Notes: generated by a model not told the origin, from the letters alone. 64,000 nt of DNA from Raillietiella orientalis (GCA_036172245.1 JAYWIR010000045.1:1054001-1118000), one strand, 5' to 3'. Positions 12,300 through 26,865 are shown, counted from the stretch's first letter. Translations and numbers: made by a program.

Positions 12300-14400
12300 T
12301 TTCCGGGAGGACATACTTGCGTGACCTGCAGACTTCCAGAAACATTTAGCGAAAGGCGTCACTTCCTCTGCCCTCTCCTCCCCGGGTTGCAGGCGAATCC
12401 TCTGAATTTTCCCAAGGGTGATCTCGATTTGCGGGGGATCACTAAAAACGATCCGCTGCTTCTCTGTGAGCTCCCCTTTTCCCGAAAAGGGGACAGTTCT
12501 TCTTTGGACAGATGGGTTCTCGTCGGGAAGGCGCCTCATCGAAGCCTGGTAACCGTGAGAAAAGAATGCGACAGAGCCTGAATCCGATCCTTCACGCCCT
12601 GTAGCCAGGCAGGGAGCATCGTCATGGTGTTTATTTGAATAGAGGAATGGGGTGGGAACACGGAGGACAAGTCTGTAACCGGAAGACGCGGTCTCCCATA
12701 GCAACTTTTCCTTCGTTTCACCTGGCATTCTGGATCATTTCTTTCGGCCCAGAACCCTTCCGCCTGTGGCCATTCACGATCGCTGGGTGATGCCCGTGGT
12801 GAAGGAAGGAAAAAAATTCTGGGAGGAGAGGAAAGAAAGTGCTGGGTGTAGGATTTTCTCGAAAGAAAGTCGAGCACTCGAAGAAAGTGGTGAAGGCGCA
12901 AAAGTACTAAGAGACGCGGAAGCCCTCAGCTTTCGAACCCACAAGAGCAAAAGGTCGGAACGAACTCTCGAGAAGGAGGCTGATGTCTGAAGACTGCGGG
13001 GGAGCTCGCAGATGATGAAACTCTCATCCACGAGGTTCGTCGGTTCGTTTCAACTATCCGCCTGCCTTCCTCCCTCTCGCGAAAGAAGGTGACTGGGCGG
13101 GCTACGCGGGCGGGATATACGAAAAGAAACGGCGAGAGGATTGGCTCGCCAAATTTCCCTCTTCTGTTTCGGTGAGGCGCCTGCGGCTCCCGGAACGGAT
13201 GTACGCCGACCGAGCAAGATCGGACTCTTCCCGGCATTCTCTCCCTACATGAGGGAAAAAAAGTCGTCGTCCAGCCGATGACCGCGCGTCCATGGAGACG
13301 TTCAACCTGCTGAGAAGCCTGCCACCTCGATGGAGTAGTCCCTGTGCAAACGCGTTTGCTCATCAGCAGCCGCAAGAAACGTTGGATGACCATCCTTCGA
13401 GCAGGATGTCTGACCCCTCCGACCGGAAATCGAATTGAATTAGTCTGCCTTTCTCCTGGTCTGGTGGGAGGAACGCCGGTCAGCGATGAACCGCCCGCAC
13501 GGCGCATGGAGTCGACATGATGCGGTGCTTCGGGAAGTGCTCCAGACCACATATCGTCACCCTGCACCCTCCCTCGAGGGAGAAAAGCGCTTTCCTTTCC
13601 CTTCTCTCAAGATTGGGTGACCTTCTCCGTGAGCGTTTTGATGGCTTCACGGGCTCTGGCATCTGGAAGAGCGGCTTCGAGTGTGATCAGAACGCACCGC
13701 GCCGCTCGCTTTTCCTCGCCGTGCGGTGGCACGCGAACTCTCCATTCTGGAGGCAGCGTGAAGGATGACTCCGCGATGTAGCGAATTTGTCTAAGTGAAA
13801 ACAAGAGAGATGGAGATGGAAGCGGCCAGATACGACGAACAAGGGCAGGAGGATTCCGAAAGATTCCGGAAAAAAAAAAAAAAGATTCGTCTGGAGCACA
13901 CATTTCTTGGCTCAGAAGGCACACGAGCGTTTTCGGAGGAGCGAATGCGTTGCCAGTAACTTTTGGTATTTACTACCCCCACTTCCCTAAGGGTAGTAAA
14001 GTTGAACACATGGCGTGCAAGAGTTCAGAGGCGAAAAGCGGTGAAATCCACTACTCCCTCCCCCCTTTCAGTTTGAGAGGCCATAAAGAAGCGACAGCAG
14101 AATGAACACCGGGTGCACACGCTGGACGAGTGATTCTCAAGGATCATCAATCGCCGCATGTGGGATGGGGCGGGGCGTCCATGGTGGTGCACTGGGGAAC
14201 GAGCATTCACGATAAGTGGAGGATGTCTTTCGCACACGGTTCGGTTCCCGAAAACGTGGTAGAATGCAGTTGATGCCACCCCTAGGAGGACGTTACAGTG
14301 GCATCGGATCACTGGAAAGTGCAGTCCCGTCAGATCTCCTGAGGATCAGTGCTTGTTGCGGGGAAATCGCATCTCTGGTCAAGCAAAGGACACACAGACT
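12300..14400 (+). mobile_element. Decayed L1/Tx1-like ORF2 (EN to RT to GGLG)
   Basis: Degenerate motifs in order: GDLD (~GDFN), ILDH (~SDH, ~12730), AAPGTD (~KAPGPDG, ~13185), N*SAFL (~QSAF, ~13440), EKSAFLSLLSRLG (~13585), an LLGI-like segment (~13960), MPPLGG..SGIG (~14270). Many stops and frameshifts. Confidence 0.5.
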
Positions 14401-17400
14401 AATGAAGGACCACTGGCCTAGTCGAAACACTTCGTCTTCCTGGCATGAAGAGCCGAAAGATGGCAGATCCAGTGACTGATTCGAAGTTCTAAGCGGGACC
14501 CTCGAAGCCACAAAATCACTTCTTTTACAAATCAGTCGGAATCTCGCGCGAGACGGCGGTAACAACAACGCGCCAGCAGAGATGCGATGAGTGCTCTGCG
14601 CGTTCCTGGTCGCGTCCACCTCCAGCGCTGTCGGTGCCATCCCAAACAAGCAGCAAGTTAGATGGCTGCAGAGCTGGAGTTGCAAGTCAGTTCCCTCTGA
14701 GCACTGGGAAACGTTTGCGAAAGATCTGGAAAATCAGGAGGATGCGAAAGGATAGAGAAACTTCCGGTGATTCAAGCCAGATTTAATTAGGGCGATTTCT
14801 GTTTGCATTTGGGCCTATTGCTTTTTAAAAAAAAAAAAAATACACACATATAATTCATTTATAAAGTATTTATAAATGCACTGTTTTAGCACTTATGGGA
14901 TGCAAAGACTTCATCAAAACGCTTTCGCAAGGGATGCTGCCGTGATGGTTTTAGAAAAGTGAAGAATTCGGGTTGCTCCCACACCGTTAATTAGGTTGAA
15001 GGATCCATGCTTGATGCGATGGAGGAAGACTCAGGCTCGGAAAAATGTTTGTGGGATCGCAATGCCTAGGGGCAAATCCAGAAGAGAGAAGGCAAAGAAA
15101 TCAGATCTTCACAACACGTCCGAGGCCACTTAATTTCAAGAGAAGAGGAATGATTAGCGGTTTTTGCGCTGAACTGGGTCCGCGGAGAGCAGTTCTCCTG
15201 AAGATGTGCGCTCCTCTTCATCCTCGAGTACGGAAATCGTCGTCGATCTTTCGTAAACTTGAAACTGAGAAGCTGTTATGACTTCTTTGGCCGCTCTTCA
15301 CATTACCATGATGGCACTTCGCATCCAGCACTCTACGCTGAAAGCCTTTCCTCTACTACCGATCAAGCTCCTTAAAGAAAAACGCTGTTGATAAGGAGGT
15401 GCCACGCTCTCCAAAGACGCCGTCCCTTCCTTTCCAAGGACTTTCATTGCAGTAAAAGTGCTCGGGAAGATTTCCTTGGGACGATCACGTGCTCGGCACC
15501 TCGACAGTCCCAGATTCTCCGCATTTTTAATTTCCGCTATGAATTCCCCTTCCCTCATAAAGATGAAGGTAGATCGATGCATTCTCTCCTAACCGTTCGA
15601 GAGAGTCAGCACGAAAATTCCTAAGACTCTCTGCTGAACCACGTCGTCAGGGAGAAGGGAAGCCACTTGGATTCCTTAGAATCGCTTTGGAGACGGGGCA
15701 CTCACTCCACGCTCAGGGACACCTTCGAGAGGAAAGCATGAAACTCCCCATTCTGAGCAACCCTGGCTTCATCACCGATGCGCAGTCCGAGAGAGACTCT
15801 TTTGCGATGCTCCCATTTGCAACAGAGCGGTGGCACTCAGTGTGGGAACGAAGGACTGGAGGAATGTAAGGCTCGAGGAGCTGTCTTAGCCGACTAAGCG
15901 CTCGAGGTCTGGAGGTTTCGCTGACCCCTGCAGTGTGCGCCCAAGAAATGACATGCACGAAAATCCAGCGGTCCACGGCAGTGATCGCGTACGCTGCCTG
16001 CTGTCCCGTGAAGGCACATTCCCCTGAACGGCTTTGCATTCGCGACACTAGGTGTTCCGCGGCTAGCAAGTGCTTTTCCGGGGAGTAACTGACGATACGA
16101 GTGTCCGGGCACCCTGAAACACCTGCTTCCTGAATCTTCGAAATCTCAGAGGGACCTGCAAATTTTCGTGCTCTGACTTGTATGTGTTTCTCGTAAAAAA
16201 AAAAAAAAAAATGCTTCACCAACAGTTTCCACCTTCGTGAGTACGACGCGCGGTCATGCATTCGCGCAACGCTGCCGAAAAGCACAGTTGCGCTCCTTCG
16301 TTCCATCTGGAGTGCTTTGGGAATGCACGTCCCTCTTTACCCTTCTCCTGTTCTTCCACTTTGAGGATAATTTTTTGTTGTTGTTTTTTTGTCAGTCTTC
16401 GAATTTCTCAAGCTGAGACCTGAGCATTCGAAATCCAAATCATCTCCATCCGTGGACAAGCCATAAATTAGTGCACAGCCGAAGTCATTATCCTGATTAG
16501 CAGCCCGATGCTCACACATGCGATCGGCTTTCTAACAGGAAAAGGTTTCGGTTCCCCCCTCTTATGCCCGTGAGTAGGTAGGTGTTTTTTCGATTAGTTT
16601 GTGAGCCTGAGGAATCCAGGATCTCGAGGAAGGTTCCCCGTGGCAACCCATCCCGCCTGTTCTTTGAAACCGTCTCATCACACGGCTGAAGAAGTTTGCC
16701 GACTTGGTTCGTTTGTTTCGGCCTGCTAGAGGGATTCTGGAAGGTGCAAGCAAAAAGGGGGATTCCAATTTCGAAACCAGAGGGTCGTATCATTGAGTTC
16801 CCTCTACCTTTCTTATGGAGAGTGACAGCAATACCTGGGAGACGGAGCGCCTCTCTGTCCAGAGAGTTTCCCCTGTTCTAACAGGGAGTATCGTAGCCGA
16901 GAAATTTCCCCAATTGAATCGCTGCGGGACTCATGGAGAGGGCTTCCGGAAAAATCCCTCTCGACAGCACAATGGGAAACAGAGTTATGCCCTTTGGACC
17001 ACGCGAAATCTCTGGTTTAATGAATCAGACGGAATCTCCCTCGAGACACCGGCGGCGGCGATGGCAGCAGCCGCATCCAAGGGAGATGCGATGGGTGTTC
17101 GGCGCGATGCCCGGTCGCGTCACTACCAGCATTGCCGGCGGCAGCCCCAGCAGCAAGCTGAAGGACTGCAGAGCCGGAGCTATGGGGAAACCTTTGCGAA
17201 AGATCTGGGAAATCAAGAGGATGAGGAAGCATGAACCACGTCGAATCACGGCTTTCCTAGGTGGCTCGACGAACGCACTCCGCGTGCTTTATGCTCGGCG
17301 ATCTGCGTGCTCTCACGGGCACTATTTACTAGCCATCACTGGTACTCGCAGGGACACACTTTCGTTCACGTCTCCAGATGAAAGTTCCGTATTCCTGCTT

Positions 17401-20400
17401 CCAGACCCTCCCGAAACTATCACCTCTCGTATTTTGAAATGAGAATCGGGACTGAACGTTTTTCGACAATAGGTGCGCAACGAGAATTTTCGCCGCCCCG
17501 CATCAGTGCCGCAGCAGCCCTGCCTTGTCCCCCAGTCTTGCTAAAGAGCGTGAAAAGATGAAACTCCAGAAGAACTGAGTTTCGCCTTGTCACGTTTGCT
17601 TTGGTTGCTCAGAATCACATGACGTCCCACTCAGGAATTGCTGGCAGGTTTGCAGCATACCACGGAGATCCGAATGCTGCCCAAGACGAAAAGATTGTCT
17701 GCTACGCCAGTGATGCTACTGATCTCGTCTATGAGGATGACTTAAGGATGAAAGTGTGCTTTCAGTGGATCAGTACCTCCGAAGGAAGCAGACGGGATCG
17801 GTGGTACCGATGCATTTCAAAGGTTGAAAACGGATCCTTCTCCTGGCTCTCACTCATCCTTTTCCTGTCGAACGCGTCTCCGATTTTTCTTTTTTCGAAC
17901 GTTCAACATCCGATGCCTCTTGTCGGCGTCAGCCACCGGGAACACTTCCCCTGCTCACCAGCCAGACTCCATTCGATCCACGGAAACGGACGTCTCCGAG
18001 TACACGCAAGCGTGCGGATGATGAAGGCTCCTCTTCAAGAAGTGCGTATGCGCATCTGCACCGAGCACACGCGCGGATCACAACACGCTTTCAGCTGCTG
18101 CATTCCACTCTCGTGGGGCGACGTGCTCCTAAGAGACGCCAAACTCGGACTTCCATGCGCACATTTGCGAGCGTCTACGCTCGCGTTATCAACTGCTGGC
18201 CGGAGTCCGGATTAAAGGCGCACATCATCCAAACAGCTGAACCACATGGTTTGTTTTGCACCTCCGCTTGGGGGCTCGTACTTGTTGTGCATGGCCGGAA
18301 GAAAAGGGAAAAAAACAATCCATGTGGCGCAAAACCGACAAATCGCCAAAGGTGATGGGAAGGCCGCCCATCCTTTAGGTACAGACATGGATGTGCAATC
18401 ACAGTGGCGGCCGGCTGAGAGTACGGACAGCTCCGTGCAGAAACTGGGTTTGCATGAAATACGGATGCTGCGCTAAGGCGGGAGGCATCTCGTGATCTCT
18501 ATATATACGCGTGTGCTTCGGGGAGGGGGGGAGGAGAAGGCTGTCTAAGTTCTTGGAAGACTCAGAAAGCGGAATTTTGTAATGTTTGTTTGGAAAGTCG
18601 AAAGAGTTTCGAAACTCACATTGGTGAATAAGCGCAAATTCCATCTTCTTGCAAGAAGATGCTTAGTCAAACAAGAGTTCTGGAGGGATGATGATTAGAA
18701 ACTCTCCTCAGACCGCTTCAACCTTTCAATAATTCCATAATAGCACACCGGAGTGCTGTGCTTAAGCATTAAAACTCCAATTATTCCATCCGCAAATCGA
18801 ATGGAGTCGCAGAAATGAAAACTGCAAGATACTTATAGCCATGGAAACGTGTAGCGAGAGAAAACTAATTCGCACAGTGAAATGCATGTGGATGTGGATG
18901 TACACGAATGTACACACTAGAACAGATGCTCAGCATTGTTGTATAAGGGATTGCTGTACACACAGGAAAGTTCATTGAAAAGTTTCCCCAGGCCAGGATG
19001 CCCGCTGGATACACGGCTTTTCAGCTCCCCCGACTTACAGAGTCGAAATGGCAACGGTCCGTGCTCAGCGGTTCTACAGCCGCAAGGAGAACCATGCAGC
19101 CTATCATTCGGAAGCAAATATGCGGTGAAATCCCATTTCCATATAAAACTGCGCCTGTGTGCCCAAACGTAACGCATCGGAGATCATTCTTCCTCGCAAC
19201 TGGAAATGATGTGGAAATCAGAGCTCGTGATAACATTGCGATGCCGAGTATCTGTGGCACCAAAAGAGCTGCCACGTGAGATCATCACCGATCATTGATC
19301 ATCTGGTTAGTACTTGAATGGGAACCCCGGTGCGACAGAAACGGATAATATTCGGCCGCGGCATTTGGCTCAGGCAACTGAATCTGCGTCTCCCTGGCTG
19401 CACAGAGGGAAAATAAATAAGATGGAGGAACGGAGGCCACTTCGCGCATCCCCGAGATGAAATGCACCTCCGTCATCGCAGGGAACTTTTGTCAGCCGCA
19501 GCCCGGCGTGCTCCGTCGGACGCGCGATTCCGATCTTGCGAAGTCCCCGGATGAGTCAAGGCTCGCAGCTTTCGTTCCTCCTCCCCCCCTTCCGATCTCA
19601 CCTCCAACGCTTCTTCGAATCGGAAGCGGATCTCGCGAAACTTGCTGCCGGGAAGCTGCGTTTCGTGAGGGAAGCTTCGCTCTGCGGATTTGGCCATCGG
19701 GAAGTAATCCACGTCTTCCTTAGAGAAAAGGCGCGCTTACGCACCCCGTGCAAGAATGGAATTAACCCTTTTCACCGCGGAGAATGGCCAAGAATTTTAA
19801 AAAGTCGCGTCAGGAACCCGAACTTTGAGGAAGGCGCTCAGCGCTCGGCTAATGGAGCCATGTGATGTGAGGATGCAGCTCTCATTGAAGCGAGGTATCC
19901 CGGGAACGATTGCAGGACATTCTCTGGTAATTATTATGTTCGGTCGTTGCATAAATGCGGCAATTAGCCATGTCATTTCGTAATGAGTCATTGAGCCACT
20001 GGCTAGAATGCTCTCTTACCACTACTGTTTTTGCTCTTCTGGTGCAAATCGAAGACGCTGGATCACGCAGGATATGTCAGTCGAAATGTGTAATGCACGT
20101 TCAGAAGCTATATAAAATACGTAATGGACATGTAAAACGCTTACGGATATCTGCAAAAGATATGTGCGTGGTGTGGGAGATCCAGGAACCAAGGTTCGCA
20201 TCTTGGTTCCGAGATATCCCACACCACTGACGGTATTTCAAGAGATACCTAAGATGGAACGAACGCGATCCGACAAGGCAGTTTCATATGCATGGACCAC
20301 ACCGCTCGTTTTATGCGTCAGTGAGGTCATCGTTTCTATTTGGCGATCGGTTTCTCCCAACTCATCGTGCACAGTCTCGCCATAGATGACCTCTTTGAAG

Positions 20401-20959
20401 AGGTCATCTGTGGAATAGGAATTGGGAAGACTTCTCTTTTGACGGGCATGTGATGATTTCAATGACACAGGGGCTTCCTAGACAGGGAGCAAGTGCATCC
20501 CGAATGGCACCCGTCCCTCACGGAGCAGCAGGTGATGCAGCATTCCCCAACAGTGTCTGAAAATGCCGAAAAATGGGTGGTGCACGGAAGGCATTTAGCG
20601 ATAAACTTTGTGTATTCCCATCAATAGAGGGGGAGAGAGGACAAGAAATCCAAGGCGCAACTCCATCGTATCAGCATTGCGTTGTCTGCTGTTGTAGTGC
20701 ATCATCATCAATGGTATACGTGCTCTCGTGGAGCACGCAGAAAAAAATTCCAGATAATAATCGATAATGAGATTTTAAATGATGAGGGATGCGTGTAGTG
20801 GATGGAATGGTGGCAACGATGTGTAGGCAGCAACGGCAGCAACTAAAAAAATAGGTTCGTCGGTTTCGTGGGGCTTATAAAAACCGCAATGACTTTCGTT
20901 CCGAAGAATGGAAGGATGACGGTGATCCGGCTATTTGTAGAGTGGGTATTTCCCCTTTT

Positions 20960-21330
20960 CCAACGTGAAGCTGAAAGAGTTTTCCAGTCGGTGTGGTCCG
21001 CGCGAACCTCCTCTCACACAGTTCTCGTCGCAGCACCGCGGCGGCGCCGATCCGCACCGGCGCGCCACGCAGCTCGCTGATTCGCGCGTCGGTGCGGATC
21101 GGCGCGTGAAGCAGCGCCGACGCTCCTGTGGAGCAGGGAGACGAAGCAGGAGCTACCAGCACCTTCGTTTACGATGCATCATACAGGGGACCATGCGACG
21201 ACGGTCAGCTTACCCTGCTGGCATGCCACCTACGCATTCGAGCTGGATGGAATTTCCCCCTTCCCCCACGATGCGCCAGAGCTTTCGGATCCTGCGGAGT
21301 CATCTCTACGCACCAGTACCGTCGAATGTG
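20960..21330 (+). mobile_element. Possible RTE-clade LINE C-terminal remnant
   Basis: DRRVKQ...GRRSRSYQHLR followed by FPLPPRCARAFGSCGVISTHQ. This resembles the RTE DxRxPK...GxRxxG and CPxCxRxFxSxxGLxSH tail. Confidence 0.3.
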
Positions 21331-22299
21331 CTCGGGAACTGTCCAGAATCGACAGAACATGCTGAAGGATGACTTTAATTACTATTCCTTTTTTTTGGGG
21401 GGGGGGTCCCCGTTTTTTTTTAAAAAAACAAAAAAAAAAAGCCAAAAAGGAAAGAAAGAAAGAAACCCTTCAGATCACGAACGTACACTGTGTACGAAAA
21501 TTCCAAGGCAGGAATTCTTGTCGGGAGCCGCATACAAGCTCCACATACTATTAAAAACTTTTAATCTGACGCGGAAGCAGTAAGCACAGGGATTTTATTG
21601 AGGGCCACTAATTATGTTCGTTCGAAGATTCACTGTGTCTGAAGCCATTGACTTTTATTTAGAAACATGAACGAGATACCGGAGTGCTCTTGGGAGTACT
21701 GAGTTCTTGTACTTTCCTCATTTGTAAGTACTACGGATTTTATGTGCTTCCTGTTTATCTTTAGCTGTCTCCGTGGTTTGAGGATGGGGAGGAAGTCTGA
21801 AAGAATGAACTTGGAACATGAACCCTTCTTAGCAAACGATAACAGTCGCTGGCATCACGTTATCGACAGGAGTAACTGCGAAAACGCGTCAGAACGGAGC
21901 GGGAAACCGGGAGGCTGCATCTAACAAGATTTAAGCCGCGCGCGCTTTCCCTTAGAAGCTCTTCCCTCGCGAAATGGTTGCAGGGATTTCCGAAAGAACC
22001 CGGAAAGCTGCAGGCACTGAGAACGGTTCGTTCAGCTTGTTGACGAAAACCGAAGAAAATGAACATAACATTCTTGCCTTCCCTGATTTGAAGGGAAAAA
22101 CTGAAATCGGAACGCCATTCGTCGACCTCCCCCCCCCCACACACACCCCGGGACCCATGGCGAAAGTGACCTCAAAAACCTGAGGAGTATGCTGAAGAGC
22201 ACCCGAACGAATTTTCTGGAAGCAAAAATCTCCGATGGATGATGATGCTCTTCAAACTGCTGTTAGGTGAACCAAAGAGCACCGCGAAGAAGGTTTAGA

Positions 22300-23810
22300 G
22301 GGATCGGCGCCATTCGCCTCAGCGTGGCGTTGCGATAGCCTATTCTCTTTCCTTTCCACTTCACGCGTGCCAGTTTGCGTGTGCTGCTGCCGATGACCCG
22401 GTTGCCACGCGAATTGGAACACAGCGTGGTCGGAAACCCTGGAGAGTCCCCTGAAACGCAAGGATGCCCACTGGAGAGGACGACCGTTGGCAGGTAAGAG
22501 TACAGGAAGCCGCCCACGGGCGCCGTTGTTTTCCGATGGTCTGCAGCCGTCTTGTCTCTTGTCTCTTGTTTCCAACGCGACGCGTGTCGAGCTCTGGTTC
22601 TACGGACTCCCCCTCTACGCGACTGCGGGCAGCGCGAATTGCACTCTGCAGCAGAAAATTCCGATTCAACATTTCTGAGAGCGCCGTCCGTCTTTCCAGC
22701 CCAGCGGTCACGAGAATTTTTTCCTGCGCGCTCCGCTTTCAAAGGATTTCTGCCACGGACAGCGACTGCCACTCAACCGTGTCTCCACGACACGCCTGCA
22801 CCCTGCTACGTCGTCGTTACGTGGCCGGTAATCGAGGCTTAGGTATGCGCTCTTGAAACCGGTGGCAGAGTTCATGTCCTGCGGCTTCATCGCTCCCAGT
22901 CTGGAGGGGATTTATCGGCAGAAAATCAATCACTAAGGGCGGACTTACTGCGCTCTTCCCCGCACGTCCCTACGTAAGCCCGCACCTTCATAAAACGTGA
23001 CACTTCCTTTGATGGAAACTTGAGTTCCGCTTGCCAGATGGATGGATGACAGAGTCGACCATCTTCCGGAAATGCTCAATTTTTAATGATTTATCTGCGT
23101 TGATGAATTCTTGGCTCTCACTAGCTCGTCTCCCTTTCCACGGGCGCTGCCTCCTTACTGTCAGCGCTTCTTCAGCCTGTGGCAGTAAGGAGGAGATCCT
23201 TCCCTCCCATACAGTGTTAGAAGCGTCATTGCACCCTTTCGAGGATCCCATTACCGCATCCCGTCCACGGACCACAACTTGGCGGCAGCCTTTCCCCTCA
23301 GCTTGCTACCCACTCCAAGAGGAGAAGAATCGAGGCCCCGGCCGCTTCCCGCATGGTTACTCTGCTCCTACAACGCATTCGTTTCCCTTCCACGAGGTTA
23401 ACCGTAGACCAGAGAGGGTCGCGCCGTTCTTTCGGACCCTTCAGTGGCGGCGATCCATGGAGATTCCCTCTGCCCCACCCTCAACCAGGGTGGGAAGGGT
23501 CGAACGCACCTTCCTGCCTGTGGCCGACAGCTCTTTCGAATCGTGCGATTCTGTTGCGCCCAACAAACCCTCGACTGTTGCAGGAGATCGAACGCCGTCA
23601 CAGCTCACGCACGCACGCACGTACGGTCCAGGAGGAATCGCGCCTGTCAGGCAACCGTACCAGTCCCGCTCCGGACTAATCGAAACTTCAAATTCCGAAA
23701 AAGGGCAAGAAGAAAGGTGAACCCTAAGCTGGGGGAGAGACGGCCTCCTCCCTCGCTCCCTCATGGTCGCTCGGTGAAGGTCAGATGGGTCCAAAAGGAT
23801 GAAACCGACC
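22300..23810 (-). mobile_element. Decayed L1/Tx1-like ORF2 (end of EN plus RT)
   Basis: Minus-strand order: CPFSE (~PFSDH, ~23700), GKRPGP (~GKAPGPDG, ~23340), RKGAMTLL (~KGIITLL, ~23230), FINADK (~LLNxDYK, ~23100), NVESEF...SRCPQS (~NG..S..F...QGCPxS, ~22640), AADH (~YADD, ~22540). Confidence 0.5.
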
Positions 23811-25178
23811 AAAACGCTCTCGATAAGACTTCCCTGCCCCTACGGGGCTTTATGGGCAGCTCTACGCACCGCCATCTTCCGGCGAGAGGCGCGGGCGGGT
23901 GGCTCGCCGCCATCTTCTACGAAGGCGGAACACGGGCGCGGAAACGCCGCCACCATCAGCGGCAGACTGAGACGCCGTCCTCTCCCGGTCGCCCGCGAAA
24001 ACGATCCCGCATTCTTCGAATCGCAGATTCCCCGCGAGCGCCCGTAATGAAATTTGCATCTCCTCTGAGAGGAAATCGTTCCGACCTTTTAGCATCGGAG
24101 GTCCGTTGTAATGGAACCAGCGAAATTTTTGTTTTGGTTTGATAGACTGATGCGTAGCATCCCGGAAGCTTTTCACTGGGGAGTCGTAAATATGATAAGA
24201 GGAAGGAATCACGAGTTTCCGGGACCATCCACTAATGAGTAAACTGCAGTAATCGTCAGGAAAGGATTGGATTTTCTTGCTTACGGAGTTGTTACTTAGT
24301 CGGGAAAGGCGGCTGAATTCCGGGAGGGCCGATGCTCCCCGTGTACGAAGCGCCGGTCAGTGTCGTAATAAAACCTCGACGCATCGTGTCGGGAAGAGAC
24401 GCGCGCACAAGGCGGTGGATGATTTCTGCTGGTCCACGACGTCCGGCCGCGAGCACCGTCCACCTGCGTGAGTGGAATCGGTTGTTCATCGAACCACTGG
24501 AACCACGAGGACGGCGAGAGTCCCGCGGGCGCCGAGAAAGAACCTCAGTCGCGTGTAGCGCCAGGATCGCGCAGCATCCTAGGATGCGAGAACCGGCTTG
24601 CGGCGGTGCTGAGACTGACTTCCTTCCTCCTCGCATCTGCGACGGCGGCGAGCGCTCCACGTGAAAAAGAGCTGTGCCTGCCGTTCCCTTTTTCCTCAGC
24701 CTCCGGTGAGCCGGTCGCCTCCGCGTCTTTCCCGCTGAGAGCGCGGATGAAAACATGAACATGAGATGAAACATGAGAAATAGAAACATGAGAAAGTATT
24801 TTCTCGCTTCTGTTGATCGCATCGTATCTATCGGAGCGGATTTTACGCTTCCAGCCGCTCCTTTATTTATCGAATCAAATTTTTGCATTCCTTTCGCCGT
24901 AACCTTCCGCATTTCCGACAGAGCTGACTCCTGGATCCGCGCGGTGATGGCGACTTTTTGCCTTCTGCTTGTTTTGGTGCAAAATTGGAACTCGTAGCTC
25001 GCCTTCTGTACTGTCTGTCGCGATCAGAACCGAACGTAGCCAGCTGCCAGGCAACAAAGGATAATTGCATCCGAGGTGCACAGATACCCAGATGGAAGGA
25101 AAGCGGACAGGGGAACGGACATTCCCAATCCTTACGAAGCAGGAGTGTCGGGTAGCAGAACAACTCGGAAGCGTCAAG

Positions 25179-26465
25179 TCACCCGTTGCCGGGAACACGC
25201 CGCCAAATCGTCGTTTCCCCAGTAACGCGGCGGCGCGCTCCTGGGACAGCGCGAGCTCCAGACGGAGGCAAAATCCCGACCCTCCCCCCCCACCTACCGG
25301 GAGACGTGGTGTGCTGTGCACCTTTGCGCGCACAGCGTGCGAATGTCCACTCGCGAAATGAAAGCAATGTCAAGGTAGGATTCATCCTGTCCACACGCAT
25401 TCCCCTTCCGCTCATCCCTTCGATCCCGAACGTGAGGCAAGAAAGCGGGAACTCTTCCAGCCAAGTCGGATCGGGGCACCAGCGTCCTCAACCCCCCCAC
25501 TTGATGGGATGGGGAGGGAGGTAGGAATATGTCTTTGCAGAAACCTGACCATCCCGTTTCTCGCCGTAGCAACCGTGTGGGTTCTCCAGCGCTGCGCCTG
25601 CACCCGCAACCTGATTTCTGATCTGATGAAGGCTGCGGGGGAGGGAGGGGGGAAGAATCTCTTTCCGAGGGAACAAACAACACCGAGTCGGCTGACTATC
25701 CAAGAACGGTAAGCCAGGTTCGGTGAAGCCCAGGGAAAGGTCCGCTCCTCCGATGCTAAGACGGAATGCAAGCACACATCCCCCCCCCTCCCACACACAC
25801 ACACCTTGCCGCCGGCACGGGCCACATCGATAGGGACACTCCCGATCACTAATGCCGAAAAATATGTACACAAGCGGGCGCGCGCGGCGGCAGCGAAACG
25901 GCTTTTTCCAGCAGCATCCACTGCGAGAAAGAAAGAAAGGAGCGAATTGCCTTTCAGGAAATGAGCTCGAAAAAGCACAAGCAGGAAAGATGGAAGACGG
26001 GAAAACGCGCATACAAACACACGAGCGGGAGGGAAGGAGCATGCGAATCTTCTCCTCCGCGCACACATCGACACGGCAGAATAAACAGCGACTGGCGCCG
26101 GGACCCCCTACCTGCTGCCGAAAAGCACACGACGTAGAGGAAAACCAACATTTCGGCGGCCTACTCCGAGAAGAACTGCGCCGGCATCTTGTTGACGGGG
26201 ATGCACATCTCTGCAGGTCGCTCGTATTCGGACTGAACTGTCACAACACGGTACCCCCAAATAGGCATGGCGTGCTGCTCATGTCAGGAACCTTGAACGT
26301 CTGCGTAATGACCACGCACCGTACTTTTTCCTGCTCTTCCTCCTCCCTCCCAAACACCCCCTTTCACCCGCCTAAATGCGTCTTCTGGACGTTCCCCCGT
26401 AACGGATGCATCCCAGACGAAACCGGCGAGGTGAAACGCAATGATGAAAAGACTCGAAATGCCTC
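25179..26465 (-). CDS. Putative multi-exon gene fragment of unknown product (exons 26465-26368, 26237-26112, 25920-25805, 25632-25545, 25386-25298, 25240-25179)
   Basis: All junctions are canonical AG/GT (e.g. tttctttctcgcag|, ccctcccccgcag|, cag|gtagg, aag|gtgtg, ccg|gtagg). Introns are 57-191 bp with microsatellites and G-runs. One frame stays open across all six exons. The translation resembles nothing I recognise and no start codon was found. Confidence 0.25.
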
Positions 26466-26481
26466 CTGTACGTTCGGTTTC

Positions 26482-26497
26482 GGGGGGGGGGGGGGGG
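26482..26497. repeat. G16 homopolymer
   Basis: Direct reading. Confidence 0.9.
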
Positions 26498-26865
26498 AAG
26501 GGGGAGAGGGGAGACAAAAGACAGTTTAGCTCCCCGCAGCATCCCCCAGACATTCGTGTTGGCTCGCCGCTCGCCGCTTTTCGACACGGGTTCTGAGGGA
26601 AACGGGACCTTCGGAAAACCTTCGAACTATCTTCCCTCCCCTCTCCTGCTGCACCCAAACCTTCCGTTCCGTTCGCGTCTCCGTGCGCCGGCGGCACCCA
26701 ATAGGTGAGGTGCGTTGAAGGCGGGACGCGCGCGCACCCTGCTCCCGGCGGCGCTTCGACCAACGCGGCGCGCCCGTTCCCGAACCCTCTCCTGCGGGAA
26801 GCGACCCACCGCCTCTCCTGAGGATCGAGCGGCAGGGAGGTGCACGGCGGTTTTTTTTTTTCCCC

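Noticed and set aside
9403..12728. Long ORFs 9403-10212, 11041-11772 and 11961-12728 as genes
   Set aside because: They are antisense to LINE or SINE remnants, have Arg/Ser/Pro-rich shadow composition, and show no domain motifs.
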